A stretch of 64,000 nt of DNA, taken from a virus. This document shows, piece after piece, positions 42,650-51,561 of the stretch. Position numbers and translations under genes: made by a program. The stretch is taken from IMG/VR virus record IMGVR_UViG_3300047157_000174, positions 32,095-96,094 of that record; one strand, given 5' to 3'. The notes under the pieces are model-generated. The model was not told where the DNA came from, searched no databases, and worked only from the letters and a program-made list of their open reading frames with translations. The number at the start of each line of letters is the position of its first letter. The stretch's first letter is position 1.

Positions 42650-43302
42650 TGTAACTTACTCTCCATTTGTTTTCTAACATCTAGCCAAACTTCAGGGTGA
42701 TTTTGTGCTAAGACTTCCTTGATAACTTGCATCTGATGAACAATAATTGTATCTTGTCTCTTGTGAACTAACTTACCTTTGAACTCCATCAAGTATCTCA
42801 AACTCTCACGGACTTCCTTTGCTAACTTAGTTAATGAATCTATATGTTTTGGGTCTAACTCATCTGATTGGAAAAGTAAATCTAATTTAGTATCTAGCCT
42901 AGAAATGTTAGCACTCAATGTATCTACTTCATTTATTTCTTTCATAGCAATCATGTTTGCTGCTGATTGTTGAACTAAAGGTTGTACATGATTTTTCATA
43001 TGACGAACTACTTGGTCGGGAGTACATTCTAACATTGACCCAACTTCTTCGGGTGTAATTACAGAATCATGTATTTGTAATTCGATTGCACTTCTATGTT
43101 CGCTAGTGCAAACTTTACATTTTGGATTAGAAGAATTGACATATCCTTCCATGTGATTTCTTTGGTGTCTTGAAGCAGTACCGCTAGGCCAATCCATTTG
43201 AATATCTAATTCATCAGCAGTAATTATCATGTTATCTAATTCATCTTCTAGGCTCTGCCTATTTTCTAAATTACAAAAAACACAACGCTTTCTAGTTACC
43301 AT
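42646..43302 (-). CDS. Putative terminase small subunit with tandem CxxC..H..H Zn/HTH repeats
   Basis: CVFC...RHQRNH and CKVC...RHMKNH, then a coiled oligomerisation region; three genes upstream of terL. Confidence 0.6.
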   Translation of the reverse strand: MVTRKRCVFCNLENRQSLEDELDNMIITADELDIQMDWPSGTASRHQRNHMEGYVNSSNPKCKVCTSEHRSAIELQIHDSVITPEEVGSMLECTPDQVVRHMKNHVQPLVQQSAANMIAMKEINEVDTLSANISRLDTKLDLLFQSDELDPKHIDSLTKLAKEVRESLRYLMEFKGKLVHKRQDTIIVHQMQVIKEVLAQNHPEVWLDVRKQMESKLQ

Positions 43303-43313
43303 GTTATCACTTT

Positions 43314-43625
43314 TTATTGACTCCAAACTAATTCATATTCATCGGAATAATTGATTAGTTCCGATGGACTTAACTTTCCATATATATCGGGAGAATCTTC
43401 ATTAATTTTATCAATATCATCCTGTTCAAGTTTTGTTCCATCGGGCAATATAATATCAGTAACATAAACTCCAATTTCTCTCATATATGTTTCTCTTTGT
43501 CCGAAGGAAAACTCCCACTCAATTATTGCCTTTCCTTCATCCTCATAATCCACAGGTGTTCTAAATGCGAACCCATGCATTGCACTTTCCGGCTGTAAAC
43601 GTTTTACTATTTTTTCCCAACTCAT
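43314..43625 (-). CDS. W-tag hypothetical protein (MSWEKIVK)
   Basis: Start reassigned to ATG 43625 with a GGAG SD. Confidence 0.65.
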   Translation of the reverse strand: MSWEKIVKRLQPESAMHGFAFRTPVDYEDEGKAIIEWEFSFGQRETYMREIGVYVTDIILPDGTKLEQDDIDKINEDSPDIYGKLSPSELINYSDEYELVWSQ

Positions 43626-43703
43626 CTTAATACTCTCCACAATAACTACACATACAACAAGAATAATTATCCTCATCTATTTCCATATTACAACATTCTA
43701 ACA

Positions 43704-44861
43704 TTATGTCACCTTCAATATATCAGCCCAACTTCTAACGGGTTGGTTGAAACTAGTTTTTTTCTCTTCTGAAAAGTTTTTCAGTTTAACAGTATTGTCC
43801 TTTCTTCCTGTTTTTGGTAATTCATATTTTTGATTTTTCTCATCTAACAATATTACTGCCGCTTGATTTATTACACCACGACTTATTTTGAAATACCCTC
43901 TATTTACTGTAAGAGTTTCGGGTATTCCTAATGTTTGTCTAACTCTATCTTGGAAATCTTTTCTTCTTGGTATAGTCCACTCTTTTCCTAAAATCAAATC
44001 TCTAACCTTTTTATGTGGAAAATTACCTGCGGGAGTAGCCATGTTCGGGTTAAGATGAACTGTTATCAGTCTTCTAATACTGTTGATTTCTAATATTTTT
44101 TTAGCCCAACCTTTCTGTCCCTTTGTTCCTAATACAATAGGATTTTCTTCTGATGTCCCCAAAGGTTTTTCTAATTCTTCTATCGCTTGTTCTACAATTT
44201 CATGTAAACTTTTAGTATTTGCAATTTTAACTTCTCCACCCCTACCATAAATTACTTGCCAAAATGGAGGAGTTGATGTTCCCCTAGCACCATACCAAGA
44301 ACTAGGACACGCTGGCATAGGTGCTAATTCGGGTAATCCCTTTTCTCTACGTTTCATATTTTTGAACTCTCTTTTTTCCTGATAGTTGTCAGTACGATAG
44401 TGTCCGTATATTTCCTCTTCATTAACAACTTTACCACTTGTAGAATCTATTTCTTTATCAGTAAATAAAATATTTCTAGGGTTATTGTCATGTTCGTCAT
44501 CTGAATATTCATCCATCAATTCTTTAAGTTTAGTTAACTCATCAATTTCAGATATTTCTATTTCACCACCATCAATAATATTTCTAATCATTCTATCTAT
44601 TTCTACTCCGCCTTCATTCTGATTATTAGGCATTGGATTTCCCATCAACCTACCTGTTACTCCCTGTTTCAAAAACATCTGAAATAAATTAATTTCGTTA
44701 ACCATAAATACATCATCACCACTAACCTTTCCTAATGCAGAAGCCCATTCAGAATAGAGTTTTTCTAATCCTTCTAAATCAGGATTTCCTTCTAATACAG
44801 TACCGGAAGGAGTATTAATTAAAACACTATTTGTCTTTCCTAACTTTTCTTTTTTTGCCAC
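43704..44861 (-). CDS. Hypothetical protein with C-terminal tag (SWADILKVT)
   Basis: GTG start at 44861 with a GGAGGT SD. Confidence 0.7.
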   Translation of the reverse strand: MAKKEKLGKTNSVLINTPSGTVLEGNPDLEGLEKLYSEWASALGKVSGDDVFMVNEINLFQMFLKQGVTGRLMGNPMPNNQNEGGVEIDRMIRNIIDGGEIEISEIDELTKLKELMDEYSDDEHDNNPRNILFTDKEIDSTSGKVVNEEEIYGHYRTDNYQEKREFKNMKRREKGLPELAPMPACPSSWYGARGTSTPPFWQVIYGRGGEVKIANTKSLHEIVEQAIEELEKPLGTSEENPIVLGTKGQKGWAKKILEINSIRRLITVHLNPNMATPAGNFPHKKVRDLILGKEWTIPRRKDFQDRVRQTLGIPETLTVNRGYFKISRGVINQAAVILLDEKNQKYELPKTGRKDNTVKLKNFSEEKKTSFNQPVRSWADILKVT

Positions 44862-44988
44862 GTTTTTTACCTCCTTTTGATGAAATAGATTTATTGTTAA
44901 ATAAAGATGAAGTTCCACTATTACCAGTAGTAACAGCCCCCGCCATTCGTAGTATAGTAAACCATTTACTGTTAGGGATAGTTGCCAC
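44827..44988 (-). CDS. Small basic protein with tag (KWFTILR, 53 aa)
   Basis: Manual translation MATIPNSKWFTILRMAGAVTTG...KKRGKKRKVRKDK*. Confidence 0.5.
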   Translation of the reverse strand: MATIPNSKWFTILRMAGAVTTGNSGTSSLFNNKSISSKGGKKRGKKRKVRKDK

Positions 44989-45114
44989 TTGTCTAAGCGC
45001 AACAACAATTAGACTATGAATGTTTCACTAATTACTATTGTTTTTTATTTTTCCTAACTGCAACCCATACCCAAAATTCATTTGATAAAGTCCAAAAAAA
45101 TTTCTCTATTCTAT

Positions 45115-45447
45115 TCAAGAACCTTTTCTCCACTTCTTGTTTTTCTTTTCCTTAGTTTTACTAGGACTCCACTTTACTTTATCAGCCCAGTAAGCGGCAG
45201 ACATTTTACCACGTTTAATATTCTTAGCGTGTCTAGATTTGAATGCTTTTCTTTGTCCGGCAGTTTGATTAGTCTTTACTCCTTTTTGACCGAACCTAAT
45301 AGTTTTAACTTTATCTCCATCTTTTACAACAACAATGTGAGATTTAGTTTTGTGCTTAATTCTCTTAGGTTTACTAAAGCCACTCACACCTGCTCTTTTC
45401 AACGCAGGGTGTTTGCCCTTCTTTTTTAGAACATCAAACCAAGTCAT
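45115..45447 (-). CDS. W-tag basic protein of a widespread phage family
   Basis: MTWFDVLK, then VKTIRFGQKG..RKAFKSRH..SAAYWADKVKW, a motif recurrent in phage proteins. Confidence 0.7.
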   Translation of the reverse strand: MTWFDVLKKKGKHPALKRAGVSGFSKPKRIKHKTKSHIVVVKDGDKVKTIRFGQKGVKTNQTAGQRKAFKSRHAKNIKRGKMSAAYWADKVKWSPSKTKEKKNKKWRKGS

Positions 45448-45899
45448 TTATTTCCCGCCTTTTTCTTAGCACATTCTTTACAAATAGGAACACCACTTTC
45501 AGAAACAGTCATATGTCTTCTAGACAACACCTTAGTACACCAACCACATTTATTTTTAGGCATATTGGTAACATTTCTTCGTCTAGATTTTCTTCCGCTA
45601 AAGTTAGGATTACCTACTCTAACATCTCCCTCTTCGGCTTTACCACTACCTGCTCTAGTATTTACTTCACGAACTAATTTTTTACCTGCCCTTCTAACAG
45701 TTTTTTTCGGTAATTCTATTCCCCTACCTATCGGTCTTTTATTTCCTTCGGGCGCTTGACCTCTTTCTTTAATTGCCTTTATTCTTTTTGATTCGGGCAT
45801 TTTTTCTCCACCCATAATATCAGGAGGTCTATCTTTAGGTCTCCCTCTCCCTCTATTTTTCCTACTTCCTTTATTTTTAATAACATCAAACCATGTCAT
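45444..45899 (-). CDS. W-tag basic protein with C-terminal Zn finger
   Basis: MTWFDVIK; CGWC...CKEC. Confidence 0.7.
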   Translation of the reverse strand: MTWFDVIKNKGSRKNRGRGRPKDRPPDIMGGEKMPESKRIKAIKERGQAPEGNKRPIGRGIELPKKTVRRAGKKLVREVNTRAGSGKAEEGDVRVGNPNFSGRKSRRRNVTNMPKNKCGWCTKVLSRRHMTVSESGVPICKECAKKKAGNK

Positions 45900-45911
45900 T
45901 TTTATTCCTCT

Positions 45912-46433
45912 TTACTCTATTCTTTCAGAAGGTATGTTAAAATCGAAATCATCCACTTCTGATAAAGTTCCTAAATCTGTACTCAATTTACTTAAGTTAA
46001 TTTCTATTTGCAATAGGAGTTCTCTAATTGCATCATGGTCGTATTGATTGTCTTCGGTTTTAGGTGTATTATGCAAAGCCCTTCTTGTAACGTCAATACC
46101 CTCGATTAAAACATTTAAGTTTTTCATCATCTCTTTCATACTGCCCGCATCTATTTTTTGTTTTATTACAGTAGTTTCTTTACTTAGGTGTTTCAATGCC
46201 TTTTGGCTTAACTCATTAAAATGATACAGTTTTTTACTTTCTCCTTCAACGTGTTTACTACCACTCATAAGTGTTCCATCGGGATGTTTATGTGTATCTC
46301 CAATATACTGTTTTCCATCTTCAAAGAAATGTCTTTCACCCTTTCCTTTCTTTACTTCTACAACCATACCATAAGTTTTGCATGGGTCTTTTCCACAACC
46401 ACAATTTTTCTTAAGTATATTTTCCCAACTCAT
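45912..46433 (-). CDS. W-tag hypothetical protein (MSWENILK)
   Basis: CGCG..C and THKHPDGTLMSG..H motifs. Confidence 0.7.
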   Translation of the reverse strand: MSWENILKKNCGCGKDPCKTYGMVVEVKKGKGERHFFEDGKQYIGDTHKHPDGTLMSGSKHVEGESKKLYHFNELSQKALKHLSKETTVIKQKIDAGSMKEMMKNLNVLIEGIDVTRRALHNTPKTEDNQYDHDAIRELLLQIEINLSKLSTDLGTLSEVDDFDFNIPSERIE

Positions 46434-46438
46434 ACTAA

Positions 46439-46783
46439 TCACTTCTGCGAGAACTTCTTTCCGGTAGGAACGTGTTGTTTCCCCTTTTTAGTTCCTTCTC
46501 TTTTTTTCCTATCTTGATATTTCAATCTAGACTTAGAGGTTTTCTTGTAAGTTCCCTTTGGCATATACCTACCCTTAGTTTTAGACTTAGGAGTTTTGCC
46601 TTTTTCTTTTGCACTATGTTGTTCGGCACTACCCCACTCTTCATTAGTCCAATTCTGTAAATCTCTTTGTGCGGGTTTTAATGTTCCCTTATTTTTATTT
46701 CTTCTCTGTTTTTTCTTATAGGATTTAGCACCCTTTCTTCTTCGGGGTTTGTTTTTTTTCCTAATTACATCAAACCAATTCAT
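46439..46783 (-). CDS. W-tag basic protein, resembles the C-half of DUF5872
   Basis: MNWFDVIR; Q..L..WT.EEW...GRYMPK...RKKR.G...GKQHV. Confidence 0.65.
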   Translation of the reverse strand: MNWFDVIRKKNKPRRRKGAKSYKKKQRRNKNKGTLKPAQRDLQNWTNEEWGSAEQHSAKEKGKTPKSKTKGRYMPKGTYKKTSKSRLKYQDRKKREGTKKGKQHVPTGKKFSQK

Positions 46784-46784
46784 T

Positions 46785-47210
46785 TTATCGCCTTTCTATT
46801 TCTAACTTAACATTTGGAGTTCCAAACAAACCATCAATAATTCGCCTGTATGGTTTACGAATATAACTATTGTATGCAACAAAATCTATTAATTCTTGTA
46901 CGGAACTAAATTCTGTCTTAGTTAAATATTGTTCTATTTCTTCAGAATCCCACATAAAATGCCCCCCGTTAGAAAACGAATTACCATCCGGTCTTTTAGG
47001 AGAACCACGCTCATCATATTTTTTATATTGTAATCCTAATCTAGATGCTGTGTTTTTAATTTCTTCTTCAATTCCATTAGACCAAGCGATAGGAATATAA
47101 CCGATTGCTTTTTGTTGATTTGAATTAAACATATTTTCTAATTTATTTAGTTCATTTAGATTATGTTCTTTGTCGAACCTTGTATTTTTAATAACATCAA
47201 ACCAATTCAT
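46785..47210 (-). CDS. W-tag hypothetical protein (MNWFDVIK)
   Basis: ORF with shared motif. Confidence 0.7.
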   Translation of the reverse strand: MNWFDVIKNTRFDKEHNLNELNKLENMFNSNQQKAIGYIPIAWSNGIEEEIKNTASRLGLQYKKYDERGSPKRPDGNSFSNGGHFMWDSEEIEQYLTKTEFSSVQELIDFVAYNSYIRKPYRRIIDGLFGTPNVKLEIERR

Positions 47211-47484
47211 AATCCCCTCTCGGATTTAACCAATCTCTTTTCTTACCTTCTGCTGTAATTTCATGCCAAATGTAGCCATTAACTGTTCCTATATTATCTC
47301 CAATCCATTCTAATAATTCATCTTCAATATCTTCTTGTGTAAAATCTTCTTCAATACCTAATTCTTTAGCAGTAAGAAAAGCATTTACAGTAATATCCTC
47401 GTAGGGTTCATCTTCGGTGGAATAAGATTCGATTACAAAAACTCGTTCTTGTTTTTTAACAATTTCAAACCAACTACTAATCAC
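47197..47484 (-). CDS. W-tag acidic protein (SWFEIVK)
   Basis: GTG at 47484 preceded by GGTGG. Confidence 0.65.
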   Translation of the reverse strand: MISSWFEIVKKQERVFVIESYSTEDEPYEDITVNAFLTAKELGIEEDFTQEDIEDELLEWIGDNIGTVNGYIWHEITAEGKKRDWLNPRGDYELV

Positions 47485-47680
47485 GATAACCACCACCTGC
47501 TTTTTTGTAAGCGGCTGCAAGCATCTGTGCTTTTCTTGCAGACCATTGACCTGCTGCTCCTCCTTTACTACCTGCCTTAATTCTTTGAAATTGTCTCTTT
47601 CTCATTTTTGGCTTAGTATAGTTACCTGCTGAATTAACAGTAGATTTCTTTTTCTTCTTAAGAACTTCAAACCAAGTCAT
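47477..47680 (-). CDS. W-tag basic protein, resembles the N-half of DUF5872
   Basis: MTWFEVLK; YTKP.MRKR...IKAG.KGG..GQWSARKAQMLA..YKKAGGGY. Confidence 0.7.
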   Translation of the reverse strand: MTWFEVLKKKKKSTVNSAGNYTKPKMRKRQFQRIKAGSKGGAAGQWSARKAQMLAAAYKKAGGGYRD

Positions 47681-48528
47681 CACAAACCTCTCCATTTTCT
47701 TTCTGCTTCTGACATTGGCCTATACGATTTAGCCCGCATTTCTATTAATCTGCCTAATTGTTCATCATCTTTTTTATTCCACTTAGTTCCTAAATCTCTA
47801 TGGTCTATTCCTAATTCATCATGAATAGTATATTTAGTTATATCTTTAGGTGCAACACCTCTACCTATGAGTTGGTTTATTATTGTCATTATTGTAGTTT
47901 CATCTTGCATTGGAATATCTGTACGCCTTAGTCCATCTTTCCATTTTTCATTATTTTGTTCTTTTGTTTCTGAAGGCATTAAACCGATAATACCTTCTAT
48001 TGCTTCGGGTGTAACTCCATGAATCACATCTAACGTTCTAAGGAATGAGTCTAATTCATAGGGCAAGTTCCATCCATATTCGTTTGCCATATCAATAAAC
48101 TCTTTACCCGATTGATTATATCGTCTATAAGATTCCAAATCTTGTTCTGCTCTTTTTTTCTCATTTTCTAAACGTGATAGTTCATCTCTGAATGGCCGCG
48201 CTTGTTTTTTATATTGTTCTTCAAAATCTCTAATTTTACTCATTTCAGTTTTTTCAGCAATAAGTTTTCTGTGATTATCCTTAAATGCCCTTTTCATATC
48301 TCTTATACTTATACTCAAATCATTATGTTGGTTTTCAAACGATTTCATTCTTTGCTCTATTTCGGGCAACTCTAACTCTGCATTATTTGCTATTATTTGT
48401 AAAAACGCATCTCTATTTTTATTTTCTAAATCAACCCTTTCTCTGCTATCATAGTCTCTTCGATTAAACCAAGACCAAGACCCATCTGAATTACGTACAT
48501 AATATTTCAAAATACTAAACCAATCCAT
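47680..48528 (-). CDS. W-tag coiled-coil protein (MDWFSILK)
   Basis: GGTGA SD and shared motif. Confidence 0.7.
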   Translation of the reverse strand: MDWFSILKYYVRNSDGSWSWFNRRDYDSRERVDLENKNRDAFLQIIANNAELELPEIEQRMKSFENQHNDLSISIRDMKRAFKDNHRKLIAEKTEMSKIRDFEEQYKKQARPFRDELSRLENEKKRAEQDLESYRRYNQSGKEFIDMANEYGWNLPYELDSFLRTLDVIHGVTPEAIEGIIGLMPSETKEQNNEKWKDGLRRTDIPMQDETTIMTIINQLIGRGVAPKDITKYTIHDELGIDHRDLGTKWNKKDDEQLGRLIEMRAKSYRPMSEAERKWRGL

Positions 48529-48674
48529 TTTATCACCAAACCTGTGGGTACTGAAATGTTTTACCTAATGAAAACTGAAAAATGGGCTGTAATTTTTTTA
48601 CCACTAGCGCGAATTTTAATTTTAAGTAGTATCCATAACCAGAATAAGAATAATACTTTAACATTTTTTAACAC

Positions 48675-48920
48675 CTAGAAAAGTTTTTTTTGTTTTGAAT
48701 TAGGCTTAATTTTATTAGCACTAGCAGGTTTGCTAGGTTTAGGCTTACGATTAAAATTAAGGTGTTTAATAGGTTTACCTTTATCATCCACAGCGACAGA
48801 AGCCCCGTCAGTTAATTCTTTAGGCAATTTTGTTTGTTTTGTATTCTTTTTATTCATTGGATTTTTATTATTATTTTCGTCCTTTATTATGCTAAACCAA
48901 ATAGGGTCAGCAGACGACAT
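48675..48920 (-). CDS. Small basic protein with tag (IWFSIIK)
   Basis: ATG 48920 (MSSADPIWFSIIKD) with an AT-rich TATA-like box about 23 nt upstream. Confidence 0.55.
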   Translation of the reverse strand: MSSADPIWFSIIKDENNNKNPMNKKNTKQTKLPKELTDGASVAVDDKGKPIKHLNFNRKPKPSKPASANKIKPNSKQKKLF

Positions 48921-49061
48921 GGTGTCGCCTAGAGTGCTGATGTTAATTAATTTAGTGATAGTAAATAAAAAAAAAATAAAAAAAATTTTAATGCAAAGCA
49001 TATGGTTGGAGATATTATTTGGTTATCCAACCATATGGAGGGGTAGCGTCTTACACTATAC

Positions 49062-49085
49062 TTAGTTTTCTTCATCATCAAACAT
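49062..49085 (-). CDS. Minigene MFDDEEN
   Basis: GGAGGTG SD 8 nt upstream; paralogous minigenes at 49179 and 50794. Confidence 0.45.
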   Translation of the reverse strand: MFDDEEN

Positions 49086-49178
49086 TAACGGTACACCTCC
49101 TGATGTGGTAGCGCATCTATACTGATGCTACCATATGGTTGGGGGGATACTCCCATGTGGTAGACTTAAATTATTTAT

Positions 49179-49199
49179 TTAATCTTCTTCATCGAACAT
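49179..49199 (-). CDS. Minigene MFDEED
   Basis: GGGAGGGA SD upstream; coding sequence identical to 50794-50814. Confidence 0.45.
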   Translation of the reverse strand: MFDEED

Positions 49200-49339
49200 T
49201 AGTATCCCTCCCGAATAACCCCGTGTGGTAGCACAATTATTCATTGATGCTACCATATGGTTGTAACTTTGTGTTACACTAACCCCGAAGGGCTACTATT
49301 CCTAAGAGAAATAGTAGTTTTTCGTGTTCAAATCTTCAT

Positions 49340-49588
49340 TTAGTCCCTATATATTGTTACAGGTGGTGTTGACATAACGTGAAGAAGATACTTGCCAAAA
49401 TCATAGCCATCACGGTAGTATTTCCAAAGATACTCACTCCCATCTCCTATATTAACAATGAAGCGGGAACAATCATCGGCTACCTGTGCATATTCTTCGG
49501 AGTGAACCATCCCTTGTTCTATAAGGCCATCCTGTATCCCGCGTTTGAATGCTAGATTAAGTCTGTATGCAAAGTCCAAGTCAATCAT
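49340..49588 (-). CDS. Cassette hypothetical protein (MIDLDF...)
   Basis: ATG overlaps the TGA of an upstream 32-aa ORF (49588-49686). Confidence 0.6.
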   Translation of the reverse strand: MIDLDFAYRLNLAFKRGIQDGLIEQGMVHSEEYAQVADDCSRFIVNIGDGSEYLWKYYRDGYDFGKYLLHVMSTPPVTIYRD

Positions 49589-49685
49589 CAATCTAACAAC
49601 CCCATTTCTTCCATCCATTTCAGGGTGTTCGGCTGCCAACACTTGTGTAACAAACTTGGGTTATTCTTTGACTTTATCCTAGTCA

Positions 49686-50090
49686 TTAATAGACCCCCGC
49701 ATCCTTAAATGAGTCTGTCATTTCAATACCTTCTTTTGCTAACATATAGTGTTTCCACGCTCTGTTAGCGCGATACTGTTGTTCTTGTTGTCTTCCATAT
49801 TCCCATTCTTCTTCTAATTCATACCAAGTCATATCGGTTGCTTCGGATAATTGTTCTTTAGCGAGTTGGTCGATTGATTCGTTATCAACATATTTAGATA
49901 AGGAATAAACACCCGACTTTTCTACATAATCTCTAATAAACTTACGTTCGATAGGTTCGTAATGTATTGAAACACTGCCATCTTCATGCTTTACTCCTAT
50001 ATATCCTATATTCATCCAAGTTCCGCTATGAACTATCACATCGTTTGAAGTATCACTCCATTTCTCTCTTTCTTCATTCATCTTCATCAT
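49686..50090 (-). CDS. Cassette hypothetical protein
   Basis: 134-aa ORF downstream of the cassette promoter at 50131-50140. Confidence 0.65.
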   Translation of the reverse strand: MMKMNEEREKWSDTSNDVIVHSGTWMNIGYIGVKHEDGSVSIHYEPIERKFIRDYVEKSGVYSLSKYVDNESIDQLAKEQLSEATDMTWYELEEEWEYGRQQEQQYRANRAWKHYMLAKEGIEMTDSFKDAGVY

Positions 50091-50215
50091 ATCCTATGCT
50101 TATCTGCATATTATTAGTAAATTTTCAACATATATGAGGTAATAACAGCACAAAGTTACTTACCATATGGTTGTGTTTAACTTTGTGTTAACTAAGACCC
50201 CGAAGGGTTAGGTTA

Positions 50216-50467
50216 TCAGGCGACTAAATAATCGCCCGAATTAACCTTTTTTCGTATTTCCTTAATTGAATCTTCCTCTAAGAATTGAAGGAGATAATAG
50301 TTTGTAGTCATTGAATACATATCCCAATATGGGTTATACAATGTTACTTCATCGCCGTTAATTGTTGCGATTTGTGAACCGTAAGACATGAAATGTTTAC
50401 CATGTTCATCGAATACCTCAAATTGATTTTTCGCAGGTTTTCCCTTTTTTGTTATCATTGCTCTCAT
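50216..50467 (-). CDS. Cassette hypothetical protein
   Basis: NQF...F.SY.S.IA...WD.YS.TT..Y..QFL, a small family common in phage early regions. Confidence 0.7.
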   Translation of the reverse strand: MRAMITKKGKPAKNQFEVFDEHGKHFMSYGSQIATINGDEVTLYNPYWDMYSMTTNYYLLQFLEEDSIKEIRKKVNSGDYLVA

Positions 50468-50649
50468 TGTTTCACCTTCGGCCTTTTATTAAAATCACCT
50501 GTTAAGATGAAATTATTTCTCCTGATGGTTTTTTGTTGTTCAGTCCAATAAGGACTTCTTAACATAGCATCAAGAGATAACTGTGCGTTCTTTTTTAGTT
50601 GTATATTATTTTCAAGACATTTAGGTCTAGGTAATTTCACTCCTTCCAT
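50464..50649 (-). CDS. Cassette hypothetical protein (leaderless)
   Basis: ATG 22 nt from the promoter box; ATGA overlap with the next gene. Confidence 0.65.
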   Translation of the reverse strand: MEGVKLPRPKCLENNIQLKKNAQLSLDAMLRSPYWTEQQKTIRRNNFILTGDFNKRPKVKQ

Positions 50650-50793
50650 ACTATTAGGAGTTTTTTACAATATGTAAGGTATATCACAAAGTTCCCTACC
50701 ATATGGTTCGAGCATCGTATAACTTTGTGCTTTACGATGTGCGAAGAACCCCGATGGTCTTTTCAGACCAAAGGGCTACCACACTTTTCGAGT

Positions 50794-50814
50794 TTAATCT
50801 TCTTCATCGAACAT
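50794..50814 (-). CDS. Minigene MFDEED
   Basis: TAATG coupling to the upstream ORF and a GAGGTGG SD. Confidence 0.45.
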   Translation of the reverse strand: MFDEED

Positions 50815-51152
50815 TATTCCACCTCAATTTCTCTAATTTCAAAGAATTGCGTGTTTATTAAATCTCTAATTTGATTAAATCTATCATATCCACTACCTCT
50901 TCTAGTTTTGAATCCAGCAAGACCAATAATTTCATCCATCATGTTACTAGTCATTTTAGTTTGAATTTTATTTACAGTTTCAGTTGCTTTACTTTTTGAT
51001 GAATACAACTTTTCCATCATTTCACTAATTCGATAACTTCTAACTGCTTTTGTAACTTCGACATATGCCGGATACAAGTGATGTTCGATATCATCACTAA
51101 ATTCTTTCGCTTTTATTTCATATACTACTTTTGGGTCTCTACCACTTCTCAT
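50814..51152 (-). CDS. Cassette hypothetical protein (MRSGRDPK...)
   Basis: Start reassigned to ATG 51152, 22 nt from the promoter box. Confidence 0.7.
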   Translation of the reverse strand: MRSGRDPKVVYEIKAKEFSDDIEHHLYPAYVEVTKAVRSYRISEMMEKLYSSKSKATETVNKIQTKMTSNMMDEIIGLAGFKTRRGSGYDRFNQIRDLINTQFFEIREIEVE

Positions 51153-51259
51153 AGTATGTGTCGAGATTGGATATATATAAGGTAAATAATGACACAAAGT
51201 TACTTACCATATGGTTGGAAATACTTTGTGCTTTCAAACCCTATATGTAAAACTCTTAA

Positions 51260-51545
51260 CACACAATAGGGCTTCAAGGGATAATTAACGGTAAAACATA
51301 TAGAATATGTTCAGAGTTAACTGATAAATTACTGTTTTCCGTGTATAACCGTTTGACTTATTGGTAGATGATTGGATTACTAACCGAAAAGACTCTAATC
51401 TAGAATAGTCTACATAGTTTTCATTTCACAATATCGAATCCTCAGTTCTAAGTTATACACTCGGATTTGTGCCTTAAGGTCACGTTTCCTGTGAGAGTAT
51501 AATTACCTCTATCCGCCCTATTGGTGTTGTTCGTTTCGCGTTGAA
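51260..51545 (-). ncRNA. Putative structured RNA of about 280 nt
   Basis: ORF-free. Nested complementary pairs: CAATAGGGC(51264)/GCCCTATTG(51515), GTGTATAAC(51341)/GTTATACAC(51452), plus several local hairpins. Confidence 0.5.
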
Positions 51546-51561
51546 CGTACGCTTGGGAATT

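Noticed and set aside
258-49065. Numerous plus-strand ORFs in the track (for example 258-758, 9734-10768, 41544-42188)
   Set aside because: They are antisense shadows of long minus-strand genes, with S/L/F/I-rich composition and no SD.
51425-51447. Hammerhead-like CTGAGGA...GAAA on the minus strand
   Set aside because: The intervening bases do not form stem II, so the core cannot be assembled.
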